This document shows, one piece after another, positions 26,856-42,411 of a DNA stretch of 44,849 nt; within the stretch, counting starts at the first letter, position 1; every line of letters begins with the position of its first letter. Position numbers and translations under genes: made by a program. This DNA is from Dehalococcoidales bacterium. Its GTDB lineage: Bacteria; Chloroflexota; Dehalococcoidia; Dehalococcoidales; RBG-16-60-22. The notes beneath the pieces were generated by a model. It had not been told where the DNA came from. It saw only the letters and a program-made list of their open reading frames with translations, and ran no database searches. The stretch lies in NCBI GenBank assembly GCA_028712355.1, contig JAQTQH010000005.1, positions 1-44,849 of the forward strand. The letters are read 5' to 3'.

Positions 26856-26879
26856 GGGAGGCGTGAAATCTTGCCTCCC
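26856..26879 (-). terminator. Terminator hairpin after gap
   Basis: GGGAGGC / GCCTCCC is a 7-bp stem with a 10-nt loop. On the minus strand it is followed by UUUAUCC. Confidence 0.45.
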
Positions 26880-26930
26880 CATACCTTTGTTCTTACTTTT
26901 GCAATCCAAAAGTAATAGGAGCCGGGTTGA

Positions 26931-30296
<3,366 letters not shown>

Positions 30297-30427
30297 TTAT
30301 ACCTCTGAAAGCACACCCAAGAATAGACTATCGGTAACGAGCGGTTAAGTCAAGAGTAGCAGCTTTTATTTATGGTAACCTGCCCTTTGTATATAACTAT
30401 AAAGAAGGGAAAAGGGGATGGGTCACA

Positions 30428-31005
30428 TCAATTAAATTTGTTCATGGCGGCGGTCAGTCCTTCGGTAATGAGACAGGCCACAGCGTCAGCAATACGGGAA
30501 ATCACTTCTTCGGCTACCGGTTTTTCTTCTCTGGTGAAGTCGCCGAGGACATGGTCGATTACTCCGGCTTCTTTATTACCGTCTTCATCTTCATCAGGCG
30601 GTCTGCCGATGCCTACCCTGATACGGTAGAAATCACGGCTGCCCAGCTCGCGGATGATGGACTCCACTCCTTTGTGCCCGCCGGAACTGCTGCCCAGCCG
30701 GATGCGGATTTTGCCCAGCGGCAGGTCAAGATCATCGTGGATAATGACAAGGTCACTGGGGGTAATCTTATATCTGTACGCCAGCGACGCCACGGATCGC
30801 CCGCTGATATTCATACCAGTCTGCGGGCGGGCAAGTACTACTTCTTCCCCGGCGATTGTACCGACACCGATGCGGGCGTTGTTCTTTTTCTGGTCGAGGC
30901 TGATATGGTGGATTCTCGCCAGTTGGCTGACACACATGAAGCCGATGTTATGGCGGTTGTTCTGGTAAAAGCGGCCGGGGTTGCCCAGACCTACGATAAG
31001 TTTCA

Positions 31006-31006
<1 letters not shown>
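30428..31006 (-). CDS. pth: Peptidyl-tRNA hydrolase
   Basis: 192 aa. MKLIVGLGNPG..NRHNIGF..HDDLDLPLGKIR..GGHKG is the Pth signature. The start overlaps the ligA stop (TAATG). Confidence 0.93.
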
Positions 31007-33498
<2,492 letters not shown>

Positions 33499-33623
33499 TT
33501 AATCAAGTATATCACAGTGTCTAGCTATGAAAAAGGACTTTCAGCCTGATTTTCTTTTTTCAAATTCTTACCGTGAGCCGAAAATTTGATATAATATATT
33601 GAGTATTCAGGGAGGTGTGTCAA

Positions 33624-34829
33624 GTGAAATCAGCCCTTAATAAAATAAAGGTCATTGAATATGGCAGTTATATTACGGCGCCGTATTGTAGTAAGTTGCT
33701 TGCCGATATGGGCGCCGAAGTCATCAAAATAGAGGAGCCCGTTCAGGGGGATATCTCGCGGAAGGTTGGGCCATTTTTGAAAGATACTCCCGGGCCTGAT
33801 CGCAGCGGCTTTTTTCTCTATTTGAATAACAACAAACGGGGCATAACACTCAATATCCAAAAACCGACCGGCGCCGATATCTTCCGTAAGTTGCTCTGTA
33901 ATGCGGATGTTCTTATTGAAGACACCATGCCGGGTACTTTAGAAACATTGAATCTTGGCGCTAAAGACCTGAAACAGATGAATGAGAAACTGGTGATAAC
34001 CTCAATCACCGGCTTCGGGCAAACAGGTCCATATAAAAAATACAAAGCCACGGATTTGATTGCCTGGTCGATGGGTGGCGCCGGCTATGTTACACCGCGC
34101 TGGTGCGGCTCTAAAGAACAGGAGCCGTTGCGGGCTTCTCAAACCGGCAGCTTTATGACTGGTATCAGCGCCGCCTGCGCCACCATGAGCGCCCTGATTG
34201 CGCAGAGACGCGATGGACTGGGGCAGCAGGTGGATATTTCCTTATTTGAATCCATCGTTTTGTTAATTGCGGAAGTCTTTCCTTCCTGGACGTACGTACA
34301 CCGCAGTAACACACGAGCTTCAAGGCCGGAGCAGGCCCCACAGCATTTCCTGCGCTGTAAAAACGGCTGGGTTTTTCTCCATGCCGATGAAGCGCATCAC
34401 TGGGAACGGTTCGTGCATATCATGGGCGACCCTGACTGGGCCAAGTCAGAACTCTTTGCCGATTGGAACAACCGGGCGCAATACTGGGACAGCCTGCAGC
34501 CGCTGATTGAAAGCTACACTACACAGCATACCAAGGCGGAACTCTTCGCGTTAGGAAAAGCCAACCGTATTCCCTTCGCTCCCTCCAACAATGCCGAAGA
34601 GGTGGTGAAAAACCCTCAGTTCCGCGAGCGTAACTTTTTTGTTGAGGTCGAGCACCCAGTAGCAGGCAAACTCGAATTCCCCGGTTTTCCTTATCAGTTC
34701 TCGGAGACTCCCGGTGCCATCCGCCGGCCGGCGCCGTTACTGGGGCAGCACAACGTCGAAGTATATTGCGACGAACTGGGTTATACACGGGAAGAGCTGG
34801 TTAAGCTCAATGAAGCCGGGATCATTTAA
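33624..34829 (+). CDS. Type III (CaiB/BaiF family) CoA-transferase, subunit 1
   Basis: IKVIEYGSYITAPYCSKLLADMGAEVIKIE.. is the family III N-terminal signature. GTG at 33624 sits 8 nt after GGAGG; the tracked GTG at 33615 overlaps the SD. Confidence 0.85.
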   Translation: MKSALNKIKVIEYGSYITAPYCSKLLADMGAEVIKIEEPVQGDISRKVGPFLKDTPGPDRSGFFLYLNNNKRGITLNIQKPTGADIFRKLLCNADVLIEDTMPGTLETLNLGAKDLKQMNEKLVITSITGFGQTGPYKKYKATDLIAWSMGGAGYVTPRWCGSKEQEPLRASQTGSFMTGISAACATMSALIAQRRDGLGQQVDISLFESIVLLIAEVFPSWTYVHRSNTRASRPEQAPQHFLRCKNGWVFLHADEAHHWERFVHIMGDPDWAKSELFADWNNRAQYWDSLQPLIESYTTQHTKAELFALGKANRIPFAPSNNAEEVVKNPQFRERNFFVEVEHPVAGKLEFPGFPYQFSETPGAIRRPAPLLGQHNVEVYCDELGYTREELVKLNEAGII

Positions 34830-34840
34830 CGGAGTTAACG

Positions 34841-36025
34841 ATGAAAAATACGAGAAAGATGCCTCTGGAAGGAATCAGGATAGTTGAATTTACCACCGCA
34901 TGGGTCGGTCCGGAATGCGGCTACATGCTGGGACAGATGGGCGCTGAAATCATCAAGGTTGAAAACCCGAAGCTGCCGGATTACTGGCGCCGTTGCCCTG
35001 CGTTTGCTGATGATATTCGCGGCGTCAACCGAAGCGGGATTTTTGCCGGTATCAACCGCGGCAAGAAGAGCTGCATCCTGGATTTGAAAAATCTTTCGGA
35101 TCTCGCCACCGTCAAGCGGCTCATCAAGATAAGTGATATCGTCGTAACCAACTTCGCCCCCCGTGTGATGGGCAGCCTGGGATTGGGCTACGACGAACTA
35201 AAGAAAATCAAACCTGATATTATCATGGTGGCGGCTTCCGGTTATGGCGCTACCGGACCGGATAAAGAATGTGTGGCGTTTGGGCATGTGCTGGAGGCTT
35301 ATTCCGGCATGACTTCTGTACTGGGCAACCGAGGCGGCCCGCCGATGCAGTGCGGTACTACCGTTTCCGACCATACTGGCGCGATTGTTGGATGTTTCGC
35401 AACTCTGGTGGCGTTATATTACCGGATGCTCACCGGCGAAGGCCAGTATATTGACCTGTCCGAAGTGGAAGGTGTGGTGGGGTTGCTGCCGGAAGTCGTT
35501 ATGGACTATGTGATGAATGGCAGAATTCGGACTCCCCAGGGCAACCGCAACGAGGTCATGGCACCCCACGGTTGTTTCCAATGCAAAGGCGATGATAAAT
35601 GGGTGGCCATCGCGGTAAAAACCAACGAGGAATGGCGTAGCCTTTGTCTTGCCATGGAAAAACCGGAACTGGCTGAAGACGAACGTTTCAGCGACGGTTT
35701 CCTGCGCTTGGCTCACCAGGATGAAATAGAGGCTATCGTAAATGATTGGACGAAAGACCTGACCCATCTTGAAGTCATGGAGCGGCTGCAAAAAGTGAAG
35801 GTCGCCGCTGGCCCGGTTTACAGCGGCGAGGAAATTTATAACGACGCGCATCTGCGCGCCCGCCGATTTTTCGTGGCGCATGAGCATCCTGAAACAGGAA
35901 AACGGGAATTGCCTGGAGTAATCGCTCGTTTGAGTGAAACCCCGTATCAAATCAAAGATAAAGCCCCGCTTTACGGCGAACATACCGAATGGGTCATCAA
36001 CGAGCTGCTAGCTGAAGAAAGATAG
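34841..36025 (+). CDS. Type III (CaiB/BaiF family) CoA-transferase, subunit 2
   Basis: 394 aa with IRIVEFTTAWVGPECGYMLGQMGAEIIKVE... It starts 12 nt after the previous stop. Confidence 0.85.
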   Translation: MKNTRKMPLEGIRIVEFTTAWVGPECGYMLGQMGAEIIKVENPKLPDYWRRCPAFADDIRGVNRSGIFAGINRGKKSCILDLKNLSDLATVKRLIKISDIVVTNFAPRVMGSLGLGYDELKKIKPDIIMVAASGYGATGPDKECVAFGHVLEAYSGMTSVLGNRGGPPMQCGTTVSDHTGAIVGCFATLVALYYRMLTGEGQYIDLSEVEGVVGLLPEVVMDYVMNGRIRTPQGNRNEVMAPHGCFQCKGDDKWVAIAVKTNEEWRSLCLAMEKPELAEDERFSDGFLRLAHQDEIEAIVNDWTKDLTHLEVMERLQKVKVAAGPVYSGEEIYNDAHLRARRFFVAHEHPETGKRELPGVIARLSETPYQIKDKAPLYGEHTEWVINELLAEER

Positions 36026-36037
36026 AGACTTGTTCTT

Positions 36038-36067
36038 TTGACATTCACGCATGTAGAAGTGTAATAT
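36038..36067 (+). promoter_or_regulatory. Sigma70-like promoter ahead of the acyl-CoA dehydrogenase pair
   Basis: TTGACA - 18 nt - TAATAT. Confidence 0.4.
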
Positions 36068-36151
36068 TATAGACGTTGCTTCAGAAATCAAAAGGCAAAT
36101 TATCTAGCGAATAGTCAATCCTGCAGTTCAATAAAACAAAAGGAGAAAGGT

Positions 36152-37375
36152 ATGGAATTTGGGTTTTCCCCGGAACAGGAAAAATTCAAGAACGAAGTCC
36201 GCGAATTTTTTATGAATGAGTTACCCGCGGACAACCGGATGGATCACCGGCATGACATGTTCCTCAATGAAAAGCAGCTTGCTTTCGGCTGGCGGCTCCA
36301 GCAGAAAGCCGGCGCTAAAGGCTACCTGGCACCCGGATGGTCCAAAGAAGAAGGCGGCCTCGGGCTGGGTGATATCGAGCACGGTATCTCCGGCGAAGAA
36401 TCCGGCTACTGGAACTGCACTTGGCCGACCCAGCAGGGCTTACGCGTTTGCGGTCCCCCGCTGCATGTCTTCGGTACTCCGGAGCAGAAGAAGAAATTCC
36501 TGCCGTCAATCGCGCAGGGCAAAATGGTCTGGTACCAGACCTTCACCGAGCCGAACGCCGGCTCCGATGAAGCCAATATGCAGCTCCGTGCTATTCAGGA
36601 CGGCGATTATTTCGTACTGAACGGGCAAAAGACCTTCATCACTGCCCAAAGCCCTGCAGACTATCTGTATACCCTTGCCCGTACCAAAGATGTACTACCC
36701 AAGCACCGCGGACTGAGCCTGTTCCTTATTGACGCTCATACCAAAGGCATCAGCTACCGCCCGCTGCCGACTATCGGCGTGTTTACGATAGAAATATTCT
36801 TTGATGATGTCCGTATTCACAAAGACAGCTTGCTCGGCGAGTTGAACCGCGGCTTTTATCATGCGATGGAAACCTTTGCTTTCGAGCGCACCGGCACAAT
36901 CGATGCCGGCAGAGCCCGCCGCCACTTTGAAGAGCTTGTCCAGTACTGCAAGGACACCAAGCGCAATGGCAAGCCTCTTATCCAGGATCCTGAAGTGCGC
37001 AAGATGCTCGCGGAAATGGCAATGGAAGAACGCATAGAATGGCTGTGCAGCTGGCACGGACAGTGGTACCTCACCCAGAAAGAAAAACTGGGCGCGCAGC
37101 CTTATAACCTGTATGCTATTTTCAAGAAAACCTTCCTCACCAAGCATGCCGAAGAAGAATCCCGGATGCTCGGGATGTATGGTCAGCTCAAGAAGGTCTC
37201 GAAGTACGCCCCGTTCGACGGCAGGGTCGAAGCCGCCTGGCAAGACGCTCGCAGCTTCCATCCGGAAGGCACGATGGAAATTCTCAAGAACGTCGTTGCC
37301 GATAGAGGTCTGGGACTGCCCCGGTATTCCCGCCCGGAGGGACCTGGCAAACCCGTCACGGTCAAACAGGGTTAA
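36152..37375 (+). CDS. Acyl-CoA dehydrogenase family protein
   Basis: 407 aa. It has the ACAD N-terminal helical domain, the middle beta domain (TEPNAGSD..LNGQKTFIT) and a C-terminal EGT motif (HPEGTMEIL). Confidence 0.85.
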   Translation: MEFGFSPEQEKFKNEVREFFMNELPADNRMDHRHDMFLNEKQLAFGWRLQQKAGAKGYLAPGWSKEEGGLGLGDIEHGISGEESGYWNCTWPTQQGLRVCGPPLHVFGTPEQKKKFLPSIAQGKMVWYQTFTEPNAGSDEANMQLRAIQDGDYFVLNGQKTFITAQSPADYLYTLARTKDVLPKHRGLSLFLIDAHTKGISYRPLPTIGVFTIEIFFDDVRIHKDSLLGELNRGFYHAMETFAFERTGTIDAGRARRHFEELVQYCKDTKRNGKPLIQDPEVRKMLAEMAMEERIEWLCSWHGQWYLTQKEKLGAQPYNLYAIFKKTFLTKHAEEESRMLGMYGQLKKVSKYAPFDGRVEAAWQDARSFHPEGTMEILKNVVADRGLGLPRYSRPEGPGKPVTVKQG

Positions 37376-37406
37376 GCAGACAGCATCTTACATAAAGGAG
37401 TAAGTT

Positions 37407-38681
37407 ATGGATTTTTCATATAGCGAAGAACAAATTATGCTTCAGAAAATGGCACGGGAGTTCCTCGAAAAGGAATGCACCGAAAAGTTTGTCCGTGAGA
37501 TGCAGGCGGGCGATGTCGGGTATTCCAAAGAACAGTGGAAGAAGATTGCCGACCTGGGTTGGCTCGGTTTTCTTTACCCGGAAAACTGTGGTGGCATAAA
37601 CGGCAGCATTTTAGACCTGGCGGTCATCTATGAAGAGATGGGGAGGACTATGTTCCCCAGTCCTCACTTGGCGACCGTCATTCTCTGCGGTATGTCCATC
37701 CTTTACGGTGGTACTGAAGAACAGAAGAAAGAATACCTTTCTAAGATTGCCTGCGGCGATCTGATTATGGCGCTGGCACTGAACGAGCCGGAGTCCAGCT
37801 GGGACGGCAAAGCATGGAAAGCGGAAGGCGTGACCATGAAAGCCGCTGCCCAGGGAGATAACTACGTTCTCAGCGGCACCAAGTTGTTCGTCGAATTCGG
37901 CAAGGTTGCCGACTATCTGCTGGTGGCGACGCAGACCAAGGCGACCGGCAAGGCAGAGGACGGCATCACACTGTTTCTCGTCGATGCCAAGAGTCAAGGC
38001 ATCACCTCCAACCTGCTGGTGACCACTGGCGGCGATAAACAATGCGAAGTTATCTTCGACAAAGTGAAGGTACCCAAGGCTAATATCGTCGGTAAGCTCA
38101 ATGGCGGCTGGGCGCCGCTGGCGAAGGCGATGAAGCTGGGTTCCGTTCTGCTCTGCGCCCAGATGGTTGGTGCCGACCGCAAAATGCTGGAGCTGGCAGT
38201 AGACTATGCCAAGACCAGAACTCAGTTCGAGGTGCCGATTGGCGTCTGGCAGTATGTCCAAGAGCACTGCGTTATGATTGTCACCGAACTTGATTCGTCA
38301 TGGTGGCTGACTTACGATGCCGCCTGGAAACTCAGTAAGGGCGAGTCCGCGGATATGGAAGTGGCGCTGGCAAAAGGCTGGTGCAGCGATTCTCACGAGC
38401 GGGCTTGCTGGCGCGCCCACCAGGTCTACGGCGGCGTCGGTTATACGATTCTGGACGGCGTGATGCCGCTTTATTCCAAGCGTGGCAAATATCTCCAGCA
38501 ATACCTCGGCAATGCCGAGTACCATATGGAGCAGATTGCCAGCGAACTGGATAAGTGGCCCGTGCCGCCTCAGCCGAGAGGCAAAGCCTTGCACCTGTGG
38601 GAAGGCGTCGAAGAGCAGCGCATACCCGACTGGTTCGACCGGTTCTGCAAGGGCGAAGGTATGGCAGCTAACAAGATATAG
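37407..38681 (+). CDS. Acyl-CoA dehydrogenase family protein (divergent second subunit?)
   Basis: 424 aa. The ACAD-like layout is present (LNEPESSWD..LSGTKLFV..; HQVYGGVGY), but the C-terminal catalytic-base region is divergent (LGNAEYHMEQI). Confidence 0.75.
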   Translation: MDFSYSEEQIMLQKMAREFLEKECTEKFVREMQAGDVGYSKEQWKKIADLGWLGFLYPENCGGINGSILDLAVIYEEMGRTMFPSPHLATVILCGMSILYGGTEEQKKEYLSKIACGDLIMALALNEPESSWDGKAWKAEGVTMKAAAQGDNYVLSGTKLFVEFGKVADYLLVATQTKATGKAEDGITLFLVDAKSQGITSNLLVTTGGDKQCEVIFDKVKVPKANIVGKLNGGWAPLAKAMKLGSVLLCAQMVGADRKMLELAVDYAKTRTQFEVPIGVWQYVQEHCVMIVTELDSSWWLTYDAAWKLSKGESADMEVALAKGWCSDSHERACWRAHQVYGGVGYTILDGVMPLYSKRGKYLQQYLGNAEYHMEQIASELDKWPVPPQPRGKALHLWEGVEEQRIPDWFDRFCKGEGMAANKI

Positions 38682-38707
38682 CGGCTATCAGAACAGAAAA
38701 GTAAATG

Positions 38708-38733
38708 AGAAGGGGGCATCAATGCCCCCTTCT
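38708..38733 (+). terminator. Intrinsic terminator after the ACAD genes (usable from both directions)
   Basis: AGAAGGGGGCA-TCAA-TGCCCCCTTCT followed by TTGTTTGTG. Confidence 0.6.
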
Positions 38734-38759
38734 TTGTTTGTGTATCCTGAGTTATGGCG

Positions 38760-39014
38760 CTACTTCTTTCTGCTTAGTTCGAAGACTACCGGGTTCCCCG
38801 AGTCGGGGCAGGCGACCGTAGTTTTCCCCGGCTCTTTTTCCCAGGGGAATGATCCGCCGAACTCAAGTACCGTGGCAAAGGGAAAAAGGGTGTAGAATGC
38901 CCAGGGACAAACGCCCGCTGGCGTCTTTTCTCCGCCCATGGTAAACTTATCACCGACCTTGTGTCCGGCGGCGCAGGTCCCTTTTTGCGAAACAACTTTT
39001 ACCGTCAACTCCAT
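38760..39014 (-). CDS. Small Cys-containing protein, TIGR04076-like
   Basis: 84 aa. C..GHKVGD..P.G.CPWA...L.P....L..GG.FPWE......VACPD is the pattern I associate with the TIGR04076 family. Confidence 0.5.
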   Translation of the reverse strand: MELTVKVVSQKGTCAAGHKVGDKFTMGGEKTPAGVCPWAFYTLFPFATVLEFGGSFPWEKEPGKTTVACPDSGNPVVFELSRKK

Positions 39015-39646
39015 CAGAATTGACCTCCTGTAATATTATTTACACTCAGGTGTGATAAATCGTTCAGCAAGTTCAATATGGCTCCCTGGGGATAGGTCTC
39101 CACGATGCTCAACGATGCCAGATCGACGCGCAACTGGATCCAGTGTTCGATAGAGATTTCGAGCAGGTTGCAGATGAGGAGACGCAGCACGCCGTTATGC
39201 GCCACGATGAGAATCGTCTCTTCGGAAGTATGCTTGCCCAGTTGCTTGATAAACCGGAGCACTCTCTGGTTCAAATCGTCAAAGCTTTCGCCGCCGGGAA
39301 ATTCAGGATGCGCTTTCCAGTCGGTAAGCGCCTTGGCCAGTCCAGGATGAAGATGGCTTATCTCTGCGAAGGTCAATCCTTCCGCATAGCCGAAGTTTAT
39401 TTCCCGCAAATCATCACAGGAAATAATATCCCGCTTATGCCGGGAAGCGATTATCTGGGCTGTAACCATGCAGCGTTGCAATTTGCTGGCATAAATCGTG
39501 CTGATGTTTTCACCGGCAAGGCGGTTGCGCAATCGTTCTGCCTGCTTTATCCCCGTATCACTCAACTCGATATCGGTACTGCCCCAGAACCGTTTGGGTT
39601 GATTCAAGCGGGTATCACCATGCCGCACTAAAAGCAATCGGGACAA
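39014..39646 (-). CDS. cobC: Histidine-phosphatase family protein, likely alpha-ribazole phosphatase
   Basis: 210 aa with an N-terminal LLLVRHGDT catalytic RHG motif. It lies directly downstream of cobS. Confidence 0.7.
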   Translation of the reverse strand: MSRLLLVRHGDTRLNQPKRFWGSTDIELSDTGIKQAERLRNRLAGENISTIYASKLQRCMVTAQIIASRHKRDIISCDDLREINFGYAEGLTFAEISHLHPGLAKALTDWKAHPEFPGGESFDDLNQRVLRFIKQLGKHTSEETILIVAHNGVLRLLICNLLEISIEHWIQLRVDLASLSIVETYPQGAILNLLNDLSHLSVNNITGGQF

Positions 39647-39658
39647 AATTGTTACTCC

Positions 39659-40414
39659 TTAAACCAGCCCCAGATTCGCCAGCAGGGCAATCAGAAGCAA
39701 GACGCCGGCTTCCGAGACTTCGTTGATGGCACCGTAGGTATCTCCGGTAAGGCCACCAAACTTACTTTTAAAATATACTGCCATCAGGGTTGTATTCAGT
39801 CCGATGCAGATAATGATAATCAGTCCGGCGAACTGGAACAATGGTATCATTACTATCGCCAGTGTCACTGTAATGAGCGTGGCGATGGTGAAGGCAAGCC
39901 AGCGGGTACTCTGCTTGAATGATATGCCCAGGCCGGAAGGGCGGGCGTAGGGATGGGCAAAGATGGCATAGACCATCGCCCATCGGCTCACTACCGGCAT
40001 AAAGAGCAGGGAGACCATCATCAAATTTGGGGGTACGCTGGACAGCGCCACATACTTGACCAGCAGCAACGCCGCGATACCGATGGCGCCGAAGCTGCCC
40101 ACGTGGCTGTCCCGCATCACCTGCCAGCGCTCTTCGGCAGACTTATGCCCGCCAATGCCATCGCAGGTATCGGAAAGACCGTCCAGATGGAGACCGCCGG
40201 TGAGAATAATCATTACAACGATGAGCATGGCGCTCACCAGCGGTGCCGGCAGTACCATTCTGAATACCCAGTTGAGACCTGCCAGGATAAGTCCAATGAT
40301 GAGTCCCACCAGGGGAAAGTAAACTGCGGAACGCCCCAGCTCTTCGGCGGATGTTTCGCGCCGGTGCGGCAGGGGTATCGTGGTAAGAAATCGCAGCGCC
40401 GTAAACAGTTTCAA
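39659..40414 (-). CDS. cobS: Adenosylcobinamide-GDP ribazoletransferase (cobalamin synthase)
   Basis: 251 aa and polytopic. The N-terminus is ALRFLTTIPLP, and the motifs HLDGLSDTCDG and GGLTGDTYGA are present. Confidence 0.9.
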   Translation of the reverse strand: MKLFTALRFLTTIPLPHRRETSAEELGRSAVYFPLVGLIIGLILAGLNWVFRMVLPAPLVSAMLIVVMIILTGGLHLDGLSDTCDGIGGHKSAEERWQVMRDSHVGSFGAIGIAALLLVKYVALSSVPPNLMMVSLLFMPVVSRWAMVYAIFAHPYARPSGLGISFKQSTRWLAFTIATLITVTLAIVMIPLFQFAGLIIIICIGLNTTLMAVYFKSKFGGLTGDTYGAINEVSEAGVLLLIALLANLGLV

Positions 40415-40453
40415 CGTATCCAGAATAAGCTAAAGCAGGTGAACTTTCAAGTA

Positions 40454-41602
40454 TTATTCCTCTTCGCTGGCGCGCTTTTTCAGCCATAGTTGCGGCGATG
40501 ATGAGATAACCTGCCTCAGCGCTCCGAGTTGTTCGCGGATGTTTGGTGCGATAGACTCATCCGATATAAGCTGCTTTACCTGTGCCGGGTCGAAGCTCAA
40601 TACCTTTTCCCACAGTCCCGACTGCTCCAGCAGCGTACGGATTGCATTTTCCTCAAACCCAGTCCGGTCCACCATTTTATAAGTAATTGCATGCTCTTTA
40701 CTATAGACCCGATTGAGATTTTGCGTTTGGCAGAAACTGATAATCTGCTGCTTGACCTCGTCAAGCTTCGACTGAAGTTCCTTAATCTGTTTTTGCAGGG
40801 AGGCATATTCTTCAACGGTTTCCGCAGTTACAGAAGCTGGCTCCGGTAACGGCAGTGTTAATTCCGCTTGTGGAACAGGATATTGATGGCGATAATACGG
40901 ACAGTATTCGGGAAAATCACACGGGCAAAACTGATTTTCGGTTGCCGGGAAATTGCTGCGGGCGATATTTTCAGCGACCTCCGATACTAACTGCCGGGCT
41001 TGCGCCAGCTGCGCCGGCTGACGTGGAGCACAGGTGCAGGCGGTATTGGAACGCAGATGGTACAGAGTAAGCTGCGCCACAGGAAGTTTCCAGAGTTGTT
41101 CGGCGGCGATTTGATAAAGCGTCAATTGTAAATCATTCTCGAGATGCTCGGCGGTGAAAAGTTCGCGGGTGGTCTTATAGTCGATGATGGCGAGTCCGCC
41201 GCCGGGCAGCTTGTCCACTCGGTCGATGTAGCCTCTCAGTTTGACTCCATCGATATCAATGTTAAACAATTTTTCGGTGGCAATCGGCGGGCGGAAATAT
41301 TCCTGGTGAATTTCCCAGAATTTAGCTAGAATGTCTCTGCCATAAGCCCTGTAACGCGTTTCCTCTTCGGCAGACTCGTATCCTTCGGAAAGCCAGTTCT
41401 CGTCGTAGAACTGCAGTAGCTCATCGAGGGCAGGCGGGGGAGGCACGTTCACCCTGAAAAAATACTGGGCGCAGAGGTGCATCATGGTGCCGAAGCTGAA
41501 ATATCCCTTGTCTTTGCCCTTAAGTTTGTCGATGTATTGCAGCTTATAGCACAGCGGACATGACTGGTAGAGGGAAATCTGGCTGAAACTGAGTGGCTTG
41601 AT
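40454..41602 (-). CDS. PD-(D/E)XK (Cas4/AddB-like) nuclease-family protein, probable non-ATG (ATC) start
   Basis: The tracked ORF starts at 41485 (MMHLC..). The frame is open upstream to a TGA at 41620..41618 and encodes IKPLSFSQISLYQSCPLCYKLQYIDKL.., a typical N-terminal Cys motif of this family. AAGGAGG lies 6 nt upstream of the ATC at 41602. The core IIDYKT and a C-terminal Cys cluster CPCDFPEYC are present. Confidence 0.65.
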   Translation of the reverse strand: MKPLSFSQISLYQSCPLCYKLQYIDKLKGKDKGYFSFGTMMHLCAQYFFRVNVPPPPALDELLQFYDENWLSEGYESAEEETRYRAYGRDILAKFWEIHQEYFRPPIATEKLFNIDIDGVKLRGYIDRVDKLPGGGLAIIDYKTTRELFTAEHLENDLQLTLYQIAAEQLWKLPVAQLTLYHLRSNTACTCAPRQPAQLAQARQLVSEVAENIARSNFPATENQFCPCDFPEYCPYYRHQYPVPQAELTLPLPEPASVTAETVEEYASLQKQIKELQSKLDEVKQQIISFCQTQNLNRVYSKEHAITYKMVDRTGFEENAIRTLLEQSGLWEKVLSFDPAQVKQLISDESIAPNIREQLGALRQVISSSPQLWLKKRASEEE

Positions 41603-41691
41603 GGCGCGCCTCCTTATTCAGGGAGTATAAGAAATTATAAAGCATTCGCGGGATTTGTCAAAGTCGGCTTTGCCTGCGTTATAATATAATT

Positions 41692-42384
41692 ATGAATATA
41701 TCCCTGGTCGTTGCTTTTAGCGGTGGGTTGCTGTCTTTCCTTTCGCCGTGCGTGCTGCCTCTGGTGCCGGTATATCTTGCCAGTTTGGCTGGCGCCGAGG
41801 CAATTAGCGCTAATACGACAAAAAGCCGACTTACTTTGTTCTTCCATTCGATCAGCTTCATAGCGGGTTTTACGCTGATATTCACGATGCTGGGAGCAAT
41901 TGCCGGTATTACGGGATATGCCGTCAGCGTCAATCCGGTGCTGCTGAGCCGGATTGCCGGTTCGCTGTTAATCGCCTTCGGGTTGTTCATGCTGGCGGCG
42001 CTCAAGATACCGCGACTTAATTTTGAAAAGCGCCTGGCGTCTTCTCCTAACAAACGGACGGGCTACCTGCGCTCCTTTCTCATCGGGGCGGTTTTCTCCC
42101 TGGGTTGGACTGCCTGTGTGGGGCCGATACTGGGGGGAATCCTCACCCTTGCCTCGGTCAGAGCGACTGCCTGGCAGGGCGCTTACCTGCTGGCGATATA
42201 TTCCCTGGGGCTGGGGCTACCATTTCTGATCATCGGTATTGCCTTTGATTCCGTTGCGCCGCTATTGAAAAAACTGCAGCGATACTCGCCGGCCATCCAG
42301 GTGGGAGCAAGCCTGCTGCTGATTATCGTGGGAATAATAGTGCTGACCGGCAGAATCAGCTGGTTTTCTGCGCTGACATCATAA
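41692..42384 (+). CDS. ccdA: CcdA/DsbD-family thiol-disulfide electron transporter
   Basis: 230 aa and polytopic, with the FLSPCVLPLVPVYL motif and a second Cys in GWTACVGPILG. Confidence 0.85.
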   Translation: MNISLVVAFSGGLLSFLSPCVLPLVPVYLASLAGAEAISANTTKSRLTLFFHSISFIAGFTLIFTMLGAIAGITGYAVSVNPVLLSRIAGSLLIAFGLFMLAALKIPRLNFEKRLASSPNKRTGYLRSFLIGAVFSLGWTACVGPILGGILTLASVRATAWQGAYLLAIYSLGLGLPFLIIGIAFDSVAPLLKKLQRYSPAIQVGASLLLIIVGIIVLTGRISWFSALTS

Positions 42385-42411
42385 AATGACGAGGGCTTTG
42401 TGAGGAGGAAG

